A DNA stretch of 34,735 nt, taken from Octopus bimaculoides. Its lineage: Eukaryota. Of this stretch, positions 24,204 to 34,735 are shown one piece after another (the stretch's first letter is position 1; the number at the start of each line of letters is the position of its first letter). The DNA lies in contig NC_068990.1 in assembly GCF_001194135.2 (NCBI RefSeq), positions 11,708,204 to 11,742,938 on the forward strand. The letters run 5' to 3'. The translations under genes and the position numbers were made by a program. The notes under the pieces were generated by a model that worked only from the letters and a program-made list of their open reading frames with translations, did not search any database and was not told the origin of the DNA.

Positions 24204-24799
24204 TACATACATAATACATATTTGTATAAATGCTTTATATAAATGCTATGAATTGAAACAATTGTAGGTCTCATCAATGTATTAATGAATTTTTATTAAT
24301 CTTACCTCCATCTTCTCTCTTGTTTTTTTATGATAATAATGTGTGTGTGTGTGTACCTATATTATAAGGTATGCAACCAGTCTAATCTTGGATATTTCTA
24401 TCCCTCTGAACTTTATATATCCTCACTTTTACTCTTCATATATATAATTATATAATGGCTTACGTATATATGTATAGATGTATATATCTATATAAGTATT
24501 TATATACAAGCATTTATATATATTTATAGATATCTCCATAATAATTACTATTTTGATGTCGTCTTTTCCATCTTTGAATACATTAGGTAACAGTTATTAA
24601 AGCAGATTTTATATTTTCTATAGATGAATATTCTTCTTATCACTAGTTCTCTTCTGTTTGCAAGCAACGCAATATTTCCCTTGAGTGTATATGGAAGACT
24701 GCAAATAGATGTCTGTCATAATATAGAAATGTACGCATACATGCATGCACATGCACACATACTCATACAAATTCATATGAACGACAAGCGTTCTGTTCA

Positions 24800-24938
24800 T
24801 TTCCTGTCAATCAAATCCACTTCCAAGATTTTGGTCGAGCTGCTGCTATAATGGAAAACACTTGCCCAAAATGGAGTACAGCGGGACTGCAGATGCATGC
24901 AGCTGTAAGGCAAACTTCTTAACCAGATGGCTATGCCT
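24800..24938 (-). mobile_element. Degenerate 5' half of CORE-like SINE
   Basis: aaatccac..tttggtcg..acacttgcccaa..ttcttaaccagatggc; inverted relative to 12652-13045. Confidence 0.65.
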
Positions 24939-24973
24939 GTACATGTATATATGTGTGCACAAGTATCTGTGTG

Positions 24974-25013
<40 letters not shown>

Positions 25014-25030
25014 CACACATGCACACACTT

Positions 25031-25086
<56 letters not shown>

Positions 25087-25723
25087 NNNNNNNNNNNNNN
25101 NNNNNNNNNNNNNNNNNNNNNNNNNNNNNNNNNNNNNNNNNNNNNNNNNNNNNNNNNNNNNNNNNNNNNNNNNNNNNNNNNNNNNNNNNNNNNNNNNNNN
25201 NNNNNNNNNNNNNNNNNNNNNNNNNNNNNNNNNNNNNNNNNNNNNNNNNNNNNNNNNNNNNNNNNNNNNNNNNNNNNNNNNNNNNNNNNNNNNNNNNNNN
25301 NNNNNNNNNNNNNNNNNNNNNNNNNNNNNNNNNNNNNNNNNNNNNNNNNNNNNNNNNNNNNNNNNNNNNNNNNNNNNNNNNNNNNNNNNNNNNNNNNNNN
25401 NNNNNNNNNNNNNNNNNNNNNNNNNNNNNNNNNNNNNNNNNNNNNNNNNNNNNNNNNNNNNNNNNNNNNNNNNNNNNNNNNNNNNNNNNNNNNNNNNNNN
25501 NNNNNNNNNNNNNNNNNNNNNNNNNNNNNNNNNNNNNNNNNNNNNNNNNNNNNNNNNNNNNNNNNNNNNNNNNNNNNNNNNNNNNNNNNNNNNNNNNNNN
25601 NNNNNNNNNNNNNNNNNNNNNNNNNNNNNNNNNNNNNNNNNNNNNNNNNNNNNNNNNNNNNNNNNNNNNNNNNNNNNNNNNNNNNNNNNNNNNNNNNNNN
25701 NNNNNNNNNNNNNNNNNNNNNNN
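25087..25723. other. Assembly gap
   Basis: Run of N. Confidence 0.99.
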
Positions 25724-25769
<46 letters not shown>

Positions 25770-26220
25770 TAACATACACACTTCTGAAAATATAAATTTG
25801 TGTTCATAATTTGCATGCAATTTCCACTCTTGGACATTCCCTTCATCAGCTGTGAAACTGGGGATCACTCTGGTTTTCACACTATTTACAACACTACTGT
25901 CCAGTAATACTGATGCTTAACAATAATCATGTTTTTTTGGCCAGTACAGTATGAAACTCATTCCAGTCTGTTATCCATGTAGTCAACACCTAACGCCAAG
26001 TGCAACTGCAACCACTCTCACTTCCAACAATTATTTTGTTTAAGTTCTCAATGAAGATTTATTTGTTGCTATCAGCCTTGGCCTTTGATATGTCTCCTCT
26101 ATATCCATGATAAAGCGTTTTCTATATCCGTCGCTATCTCATAAATTACTGCTCTCGTATCACTCACAATTCAATATGTATATATATATTTGTATGTGTG
26201 CATATGTGTATGTATATGTT

Positions 26221-26272
<52 letters not shown>

Positions 26273-26346
26273 TATGTGTATACATATGCTTGTATACATA
26301 TTTACATTTATATGATCTCTCACACACACGTGAGTATGTGTAGGTT

Positions 26347-26383
<37 letters not shown>

Positions 26384-26899
26384 TGGATATATATATGTAT
26401 ATTTATGTAAAATGTTATGTTTTTGTGAGTGTGTGTATGTGTGTGTCTGTATCTATGTATGTATGTATCGATGTATCTATGTATGTACATATATTAGCTC
26501 ATAGAATGGATCATTGACATTTTAAAATACTTGATTGTTATTATTTTTTTGTTTTTGTGCACATCGCTTTTCTTTTATTTCATATTTGCATTTCTCTTTC
26601 TAATTCTTGCAGCATTTTCTTTCTATTTGATATAATTATATTTTTTAGATTTATCACTTCATCTTTTTATCTTTTGTTGTCTTTCAATCTTACTATGTCT
26701 TTTTATTAGTTTTTTTTTTTTTTTCTTTCATTCAATCTCATTCTCTTTTATAAAGATTTCAAGTTCAGTTCTGATTTCACCATTTTATTGTTTCACACTA
26801 TTTCAATGTGACATTTTGTTATGATCAAGTTCATACTTATTTGTTATTGTTTTCATGTTTCTGTTTTTACTACTTTTAAACGATAGTCATGAGTACTGT

Positions 26900-27468
26900 T
26901 ACGATTGTGTTGTTGAGAACTTCGTTTTGTGATCATGTGGATTCAGATTGAATCTCATTGTGCAGCAGCTTGGACCATTTGTTAAAAGTGTATTTTGCAA
27001 GAAACCCTGGGCTGACTGACCCATGCTCTGTGAGTCACTTTGGTAGAAGGAGACTGTGTAGAAGCCTATTCTATGGTTAGTTATACATACATATATATGT
27101 TTGTGTATGTATATGTGTGGGTGTGTTGTGTGTGCATGTGTGTGTGTATGTATATGTGTGGGTGTGTTGTGTGTGCATGTGTGTGTGAGAGTATGTTTGT
27201 GTATGTATATGTGTGGGTGTGTTGTGTGTGCACGTGTGTGTTTGTGTGTGTATGTGTATGTATGAGTGTATGTCCATGTTTGTTTGTCCACCACCATCAC
27301 TTGACCAATATTGGTCTGTTTCCCTCCCCGTAACTTGGTAATCAGCGATAGAGGTCAATAGAATAAGCACCAGATTTATAAACATTGGGATCAATTCGCT
27401 GAACTAAAGACTTCAATGTAGTGCTCCAGCATGGCCACAGTCAAATGACTGAAACAAGTAAAAAAAAA
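26900..27468 (+). mobile_element. Old CORE-like SINE with internally triplicated GT-rich unit
   Basis: Tail ctccagcatggccacagtcaaatgactgaaacaagtaaaa; three copies of tgtgtatgtatatgtgtgggtgtgttgtgtgtgca at about 27100-27235. Confidence 0.7.
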
Positions 27469-28087
27469 CATACAAGATAAAAATAATAGCAGTGAACTGG
27501 CAGACAGAATCAACAAAACAACAGACAGGAAGAATGCTCAACTATATGATAGACTTTTATATGTTGAGTTCCATTCCTAACACAGCCCACTTTGTCTTTC
27601 ATCATTGCTGGGTCAATAAAATAAAGTACTAGCTTAAAATACTGCGGTTGATTTTATTGACTCTAATCTCACACAAAATATGTAGCTTTGTGTTGTTAGC
27701 ATGCCTGACAAGATAATTGGTTTTATATAGTTATGCTCTTTACTGTCTGAGTTTAACCCTTAAACAGTAGGAAAGGATAGCATGAATGCGTGTGTCCAAA
27801 TGGACAGAGAATAAAAAAATATCTTTTCCTTAAGAGAAATTTTTATACTTATTTCCACTTCGAATAAGTATAAACGCTATACACAGTAAAATTGACAATT
27901 TCATTGTTGAAAATTGCCATAAAATATTCACTTGCCTTTGCATCCAGTTTAAGCATAAATTCATTTGAGACTCCTGCATTGTTGTTGCCAAATGAACGAG
28001 CAAAGGGAGAGAAACAAGTGCACTTTTCTATCCAGAGTTAGTCGAAGTATCAGTTTCTTCTGTGCAGTGTAGAGCATCATTATTATT

Positions 28088-28310
28088 AAGGCAGCGAACT
28101 GGCAGAAACGTTAGCACACCGGGTGAAATGCTTAGTGGTATTTCATCTGTGTTTACATTCTGAGTTCAGATTCTGTCGAGGTTGACTTTGATTTCATCCT
28201 TTTGGGGGTCAATAAGTTAAGTACCAATTAAGTACCAGGGTCAATCTAAGAATCAACTGCCCCCCACGACTCACCCAAAATTTCGGGCCTTCTGCCTAGA
28301 GAATAAAAGA
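28088..28310 (+). mobile_element. tRNA-derived SINE (ggcagcgaactggcagaaacgttagc family)
   Basis: A-box-like ggcagaaacgttagc, B-box-like gagttcagattc, gtcaataagttaagtacc body. Confidence 0.85.
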
Positions 28311-28326
28311 ATATTCCCTACACTTC

Positions 28327-28525
28327 AAGGAGGCAAGCTGGCAGAAATGTTTAGCGGTGTTTCATGTCTTTACATTCTGAGTTCAAATTCTGCCAAAGTC
28401 GACTTTGCCTTTCATCCTTTCGGGGTCGATAAATTAAGTACCAGTTACATACTGGGGTCGATCTAATCAACTGACCCCCTCCCCAAAAATTTTGGGCCTT
28501 GCACCTAGAGTAGAAAAGATTATTA
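28327..28525 (+). mobile_element. Second tandem copy of the same SINE, with a short internal deletion
   Basis: aaggaggcaagctggcagaaatg..gagttcaaattc..gggtcgataaattaagtaccag. Confidence 0.85.
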
Positions 28526-28849
28526 TCCATTTCATCTGATGATGAAAGAAAATCAGAAACAGCTTTTCCATTACTTTATAAATCTTCTATTTTTTTACTT
28601 TGATTTCTCTCATCAATAGGGCCCCTTATGCTAAGGTACATTTCATAAAGTAGGCACTCAGGCATCAGTTGACGAAGGCCATATCCATGTAAAAATTGTT
28701 AAAAGATTTAATGGTAATGTCTGCAGTTCTCTAATGAAATATCAATTAATGGTGTCTACTGTTTAAGGGTTAAATCTTAACAAAGCCAGCTTTATTTAGA
28801 AATAATACATTTCTAAATGTCTCAGAGAGATTTATACAGTAGTGATACG

Positions 28850-29151
28850 TTGAGTAGTTGTATGTTGTCAACTTAATGTGACAGTCCCATGAAGGGAATA
28901 ATACTACTGTTGGTTAGACCTGGGAAGCTGCACCACTTCCTGTCGGCCTTGACACATTTCTTGTGTCCTTATGTTTACAAGGGGGAGATAATGTTTACTA
29001 GGGGGAGACTGTCTCCCCCTTGTAAACATAAGGACACAGGAAATGTGACAAGGCTGACAGGAAGCGGTCCAGGTTCTTAGGTCTTAACAACAGTAGTATT
29101 ATTCCCTTCATGGGACTGTCACATTAAGTTGACAGCATACAACTACTTCAA
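28850..29151. repeat. Near-perfect 300-bp palindrome (foldback)
   Basis: Arms ttgagtagttgtatg..ttacaagggggaga and tctcccccttgtaaa..catacaactacttcaa; centre gggggagac-T(29010)-gtctccccc; 20-bp tandem duplication 28971-28990/28991-29010. Confidence 0.95.
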
Positions 29152-29969
29152 AGTCAGCTTTATTCTTCTCCTTCTTGAGATTGATAAGGTGAGGTGCTGC
29201 AAATGCAAGTCAAGAAGTTTGCTTTCCAGCCACATAGTTTCAACAGTCAATCCTGTAGTGTGGCACTTAAGGCAAATGTATTCTACTAGAGTCCAGGTAT
29301 TAGTGTAGCCAGAGTATGTGCTGCCCTTCTGTTTGCTGCCCCCAGACCCCACAAAAAGACACACATTGCTTATGTGAACCCAAAATACAGTAGACCCAAA
29401 AATACCACCCCTTTAAAAGTGCTGCTCTGGGTGGTCTGCCCCTACCGACCCCACATAGCTATAACTGGCATCTCCATTTCAATTGGTCAGAGGTTATAAG
29501 GCAATGTACCAGGTTGGATATATTTCAGAATTGATTGAGCTTCAAATAAAATAATTTGCAGCATTTGGTTGTATATCTTTTTAGTACTGAGTTCAAATCC
29601 TGCTGAGGTTCACTTAGCCTTTGAGCCCTTTCAGGTCTATAAAATAAATACCTTTTATTTTATTTTTGTTTTGCTTTCGATAAAATATATATTGTAAATG
29701 GGAGGAGGGTTGTTTAAATAAGTGACAAGAATTTCCTGCTCCAGCATGGACAGTAATTGTAGTAAATGGACTGTTACAGTGCATCGCTACATTCCCTGTC
29801 TGTTAGTAATTCCCTACTACTCCAGGCACCCCTCAGGGAACAACCCTCTAACCCATCGGTCTGTTTGGGTAATCATTGCTGGTGAGGATTTTAGGAGATC
29901 AGAGTGCAAATCCTACCTCATCATCTTTTAGTCAACTTTTACAATACACAAAGGAAATGTTGGGTCTAG

Positions 29970-30120
29970 TCTTTGACATGCCAGTCCTCACACTGCACTA
30001 GAGCAATGTGAAATGAGGTGTTTTGCTTCAGAACACAATGTGACACAGTCCAGGAACTGACCCCATGATCATCAGATCTTGAGTGCAACACCCTAACCAC
30101 TAGGCCAAGCGCTTTCACAT
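29970..30120 (-). mobile_element. Degenerate tRNA-derived SINE
   Basis: Minus strand gtgaaagcgcttggcctagtggttagggtgttgcactcaagatc..ggtcagttcctgg: A and B boxes. Confidence 0.7.
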
Positions 30121-31039
30121 TGGGTAGAACAAAATATAAAAGCAACATAGCTGCATACACACCGAAAACATAAAAGGAATAAGAGTATAGGAATCAATAG
30201 AATATGTACAATAATCTTAAATTTGTATCTTTCATAATAACCATGTTATTGAACATTTGTACTGTGGTCTGTAGATTCTATAATGCCTACAGTATAAAAT
30301 ATGTACAATAATCTGCATTCTTTAGCTTCCATAGCAACCATAGCATTGAATGTTGGTAATGATCTGAAATCAGTAGCTCCCAGAGCAGCCATAATATTGA
30401 ATCACGACTCTATCTTTTACAAAAATCAAAAGTTTACTGTGTCTACAACAGACAGACTTACAATAAAAGGAAAACACAAACTCGTGTCCACTTGATAGAC
30501 CAATAAAGTCAATATATGATTGAAAGCTAATCAATATTGGCTGTGACTAGAATATATTTCTTTGAGAATTGCCTGACTGTCCAGTTGTAATATATGATTT
30601 ATTCTTTTTTTTTTTTCCACATGTTACTTATTAGACTTTGTAGACGAGATACATTTTTTGATTTGCTTTGAATTTTGTTGTGGTTTTGTTGCTGTTGCTG
30701 TTGTTGTTGTTGTATGTCAAGGTTTGTCATCATAAATAGCCTTCCCTCAATCACAGCTGTCATATTATTAACGGAGATTTTTGTCTTCTCTTTCTTCTTT
30801 ATACATTGATGTTATTATGGTGAGAGTGAATGTCATATTCGAACTTGTTACACAGATTGACCTAATCTACTTTTACTAAACATAAGAGAATCTGTATGTT
30901 TGTCCCATTTATTATTTAATTTTGCTTTGTCTTCTGACTCTACATATGAATGGCGGTATTTTTAGTAACTTTTAGTTAACCTAAGCATTCTCTTTAGCTT
31001 CATTATTATTTCCAGAATAGTTCTTTTTTATTATTTCAG

Positions 31040-31250
31040 AGAAGCAAGATAGCAGATTCGTTAGCAAACAAGGTAAAGTGCTAAGTGACATTGCATCCAT
31101 CTTTACATTCTGAATTCAAATTTCACCATGATCATCTAAGCCTTTCATCTTGTTGGGGTTGATAAAATAAGTACCAGTTGAATACTGGGGTCAACCTCAT
31201 TGACTTAGCCCTCACTCTAAAATTACTAGCCTTGTGCCAAAATTTCAGAA
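31040..31250 (+). mobile_element. Degenerate SINE (28088 family)
   Basis: gcaagatagcagattcgttagc..ttctgaattcaaatt..gataaaataagtaccagttgaatactgggg. Confidence 0.75.
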
Positions 31251-31339
31251 AAGTGTTTGCCAGGCAAGAGATTTCCATCTGAGGCCATGTGTTGGAGCTA
31301 AAATAATTAACAGCATATAAGTTACATATTCATTTCTTT

Positions 31340-31560
31340 ATTGCTCACAGGTGGCTAAACATAGAGGGGACAAACAAGGACAGACAAGGTGATGAAGTCG
31401 ATTAGATCAACCCCAGTGTGTAACTGGTAATTTTTTAATCGACCCCAAAAGGATGAAAGGCAAAGTCGACCTGGGTGGAATTTGAACTCAGAACGTAATG
31501 GCAGACAAAATACTGCTAAGCATTTTGCTTGAAGTATTAACAAATCTGCCAGCTTGGCAT
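31340..31560 (-). mobile_element. SINE (28088 family), convergent with 31040-31250
   Basis: ggatgaaaggcaaagtcgac..gaatttgaactcagaacgtaa..tctgccagctt. Confidence 0.85.
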
Positions 31561-31900
31561 CTTGCATAAGCTACATATTGACCATTCAAAAGTATGCACA
31601 GACAGTTAAATTCACTTAAACATTTAGCATTTAAACCAACCAACCATATCCAGACCAAATATTTTACCTGCTTTATGTTGAAGCTAGACAAACCTGGCTT
31701 CCCACATCTACAATCATATCATCGAAATCTCAGAGCTACAAGATAATGCATCATTAATCCCAAACACTGTGAATAAAAAAGAACAACATTTCACACAGTA
31801 ATCTAAATGCTAAAGGACTAAACCTTTATTATTTGTTATATGGTGTCAAAATTTTCATCACACGAACAGCAACTGGCCACTGACAAAGTTTACATAGCAT

Positions 31901-32310
31901 CTCTTCTTTACTCTTTTACTTGTTTCAGCCATTTGACTGCGGCCATGTTGGAGCACCACCTTTAGTCGAGCAAATCGACCCCAGGACGTATTCTTTGTAA
32001 GCCTAGTACTTATTCTATCGGTCTTTTTTGCCGAACCGCTAAGTTACGGGGATGTAAACACACCAGAATTGGTTGTCAAGCGATGTTGAGGGGACAAACA
32101 CAAACACAGACACACAAACACATATATATATATATATATATACATACACATATATACGACAGGCTTCTTTCAGTTTCCGTCTACCAAATCCACTCACAAG
32201 GCTTTGGTCGGCCCAAGACTATAGTAGAAGACACTTGCCCAAGGTGCCATGCAGTGGGACTGAACCCGGAACCATGTGGTTTTATAAGCAAGCTACTTAC
32301 TACACAGCCC
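31901..32310 (-). mobile_element. Full-length CORE-like SINE
   Basis: Reverse complement closely matches 12652-13045 and 19561-19941. Confidence 0.9.
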
Positions 32311-32468
32311 AATAAATGCTTCATCATTTTTCCCACTTTGTTCTCAAATTCTTAAAGTATGTGTGTATTTGTGTTTCCGTTGGTATGGAGCCGACATTAG
32401 ACTTCAAAGGAGACATATAGAGAAACTCCATCAAAAACTAGTTCACCTGTATTTGTGTTTCACTTCAG

Positions 32469-32505
32469 ATGCACGCTTGTTTCTTGGGTGTGCACATTTC
32501 TGTAG
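32469..32505 (+). other. Exon-like segment (37 nt)
   Basis: Acceptor gtttcacttcag| and donor TAG|gtact. Confidence 0.2.
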
Positions 32506-32787
32506 GTACTAAACTTTCTATATTGTTACTGAGTAAAGGAAAACTTCACAAATAACATTCTATTAAATAACACAATTGGTATTCGGCTAATTAAATATTA
32601 AAGTATTCTTTGAAATTTGAGATAGCAAATGTCAGCACTTTTAGAATCCTTACCTGTTTAGTCATTTTTTTTTTTTTTTTAATTTCATTAGTAATTGTAT
32701 CATTTTGTGTTGTAGCAACAAAACATGTAGAATTTGGCAATTTTATTTCTAAGTAACATATTTAACTTTTTTTTTTTTGGTTTTCAG

Positions 32788-32884
32788 TGGCATTATGTTG
32801 CAAGCTTGAATGCAAGAGAAAGTGACAGTCAAGTAAAACTAATCCCTGTACAAGAATGGTCCAGGTGTTTTTGACATGAGAAAG
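32788..32884 (+). other. Exon-like segment (97 nt) with strong splice sites but no fully open frame
   Basis: Long T-tract acceptor ttttcag| and donor AAG|gtaagt; each frame contains a stop. Confidence 0.4.
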
Positions 32885-33049
32885 GTAAGTAAATTCAAAT
32901 CTAAGAGCATTTCAATCCTAAAATGCCTGCAGGCAACCCTTACCAATTTGTCTCACCAAAGTCTTATACATTTCTAAGTATTGTTCTTTTATCTGCATTC
33001 TTCTATTACTTTCAGTTGGTAAACATTCTTATTGAATACTGAAGAGCAT

Positions 33050-34400
33050 CATAGCTGGTGATTGGCATTTGAAGGACAATGTGGTTGGTTGTTGAATAAT
33101 GAAGGTAAATGCTAGCTGGTTATTGCATATTAAAGAATAATATAGTTAGTGGTTAGTCGTTGAATATTGAAAGATAATGCTATTGGGAATGAAATGGGAA
33201 ATGGTAGTAGAGTTGGTTATTGAACAGTGAATAATGTTTGTTATTAAATATTGAAGGACAGTAGTGTTGGTTATCGAGTATCGAAGGATAGTAGAGTTAG
33301 TTATTGAGTATTAAAGGACAGTGCTGTTGGTTATTGAATAGTGAAGGACAGTATAGTGGCCACTGAAGAGTACAGGTTAGAATAATGGCTTATTGATTTT
33401 CAAAAGAAATTGGAAGCTTGTTATTGAATACTGAAGGACATTATGTTCCATCACTGCACATTGAAGGATAGCTCAGTGAATTATTGAACACTGAGGAAGA
33501 GTGCAAATAGGTTATTGAATTTTGTTGGACAGTGTAGCAGGTTATTAAACATTGAAAGATATCCAAAGATGATCACTGATTATTAAAGGAAAATATACTA
33601 AACAGTGAAGGACAGCATAGTTGGTTATTTAATATCAAAGGCCAATGTAATTGGTTATTGAAGAGAGTGTAAGATGGTTATTTAATATTGAAGGACAATG
33701 GAAGTAGGTTATTAAATATTGAAGGACAGAGCAAGTTGGTTACCGAATATTGCAGGACAGTATAAAGCAGAGTTCTATATTTAAGATATGAGGAAATACG
33801 TACATTATTTACATTATTTACATTTTGACAGATATTTGTCCTCATCTTGTTTGTTGTTAACACATTTCGGCTGATATACCCTCCAGCCTTCATCAGGTGT
33901 CTTGGGGAAATTTTGAACCTAGGTTCTCATTCCTAAGGTATTTTTCAGTGTCATTATTTTTATTATTGTTGTTGTTGTTGGTGTTGCTGTTGTTGTTGTT
34001 CAGGTCACTGCCGGACTTGAACTTGGTTGTTAATATTGAATGATAGTATAGTCATTTACTGTATACTAATCAGTTATTAAAAATCATATCAGTAATTGAA
34101 TATACTAAACCACAGTGTAGTTGCTTTGTAAATATTGAAGGTCAGTACAGTTAATTATTGAAGATTGAATGACCATAAAGGTCATCATTGCATATATAAG
34201 GACAGTGCAAATGTATAATTGAACAGTGAATGATGAAGTAATTAGTCATTGAATGGTAAGGGTCAGTACAAATTAGTACTTGGCAGATACAAAACCTCTA
34301 TGAGCTGCTTAGCGAATGATGGCTGGAAATCATAGTCGTACCGCTTGATTATTTGATATAGAAGACTTCATCTGGTTAATTATTGGAAACTGAAGGACTG
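33050..34400 (+). repeat. Degenerate minisatellite with about 30-bp unit (ttattgaatattgaaggacagtagtgttgg)
   Basis: Four consecutive 30-nt units at 33241-33360; decayed copies on both sides; interrupted by the element at 33801-34026. Confidence 0.85.
33801..34026 (-). mobile_element. Second copy of hammerhead-bearing SINE-like element, 5'-truncated, core damaged
   Basis: Colinear with 17928-18150; gacacCTGATGAaggctggagggtatatcagccGAAAtgtgtt lacks the CGT present in copy 1. Confidence 0.85.
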
Positions 34401-34410
34401 TACAGATTGT

Positions 34411-34735
34411 ACAGTAGGTTATTAAATGATGTAGAGCAGTGTAGTTATTTAATGTTGAAGAACAATTGGTTAATGACGGCCAAAATAGTTGGATATAAAG
34501 GCATGTGGCCTAGTAGACAGTAGGTTATTAAATGATGTGGAGCAGTATAGTTATTTTAATGTTGAAGAACAATTGGTTAATGAAGGCCAAAATAGTTGGA
34601 TATAAAGGCATGTGGCCTAGTAGACAGTAGGTTATTAAATGATGTAGAGCAGTGTAGTTATTTTAATGTTGAAGAACAATTGGTTAATGAAGGCCAAAAT
34701 AGTTGGATATAAAGGCATGTGGCCTAGTAGACAGT
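34411..34735 (+). repeat. Tandem repeat with 106-107-bp unit, three near-identical copies, running off the window end
   Basis: acagtaggttattaaatgatg starts at 34411, 34517 and 34624; acagt recurs at 34731. Confidence 0.95.

Noticed and set aside
25825-25850. Minus-strand CTGATGAAGGG...GAAA
   Set aside because: No stem II adjoining GAAA and no cleavage triplet or stem I
24862-25880. ORFs of 280-315 aa
   Set aside because: Length comes from the N gap plus microsatellites
28536-28570. CTGATGA...GAAAC hammerhead-like match
   Set aside because: Stem II is only 3 weak bp; no GUH-type triplet in register; no stem I
31040-31072. AG/GT-bounded 33-nt open exon (RSKIADSLANK)
   Set aside because: The sequence is the decayed head of a SINE
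33050-34735. CRISPR-like array or repetitive coding region
   Set aside because: Tandem units lack unique spacers, the context is eukaryotic, and no sustained ORF exists

Overview
AT-rich, microsatellite-dense animal genomic DNA with four assembly gaps. The (TA)n/(CA)n/(TATG)n load and the SINE/RTE repertoire suggest an octopus genome (inference from recalled repeat families, not a search). I find no intact, identifiable protein-coding gene; almost all listed ORFs are microsatellite or N-gap artefacts. The window is mostly interspersed repeats: several tRNA-derived SINE families, RTE-LINE tails, a decayed mariner transposase, a TA-flanked Tc1/mariner-pogo-type element, several MITE/foldback inverted repeats, and a 30-bp minisatellite that resolves into a 106-107-bp higher-order repeat at the right end. 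The most interesting signal is a SINE-like element present twice (17928-18198 and 33801-34026, both minus strand). It joins a tRNA-like Pol III head to a minimal type I hammerhead ribozyme motif (CUGAUGA / stem II / GAAA-CG-UU) and an (AATGTAAAT)n tail; the first copy has an intact core and the second lacks 3 nt at the cleavage site. A second, weaker hammerhead candidate lies at 576-681, and a near-perfect 300-bp palindrome at 28850-29151. Splice-site-bounded and codon-like segments with stop codons hint at a decayed gene or non-coding transcript, at low confidence.
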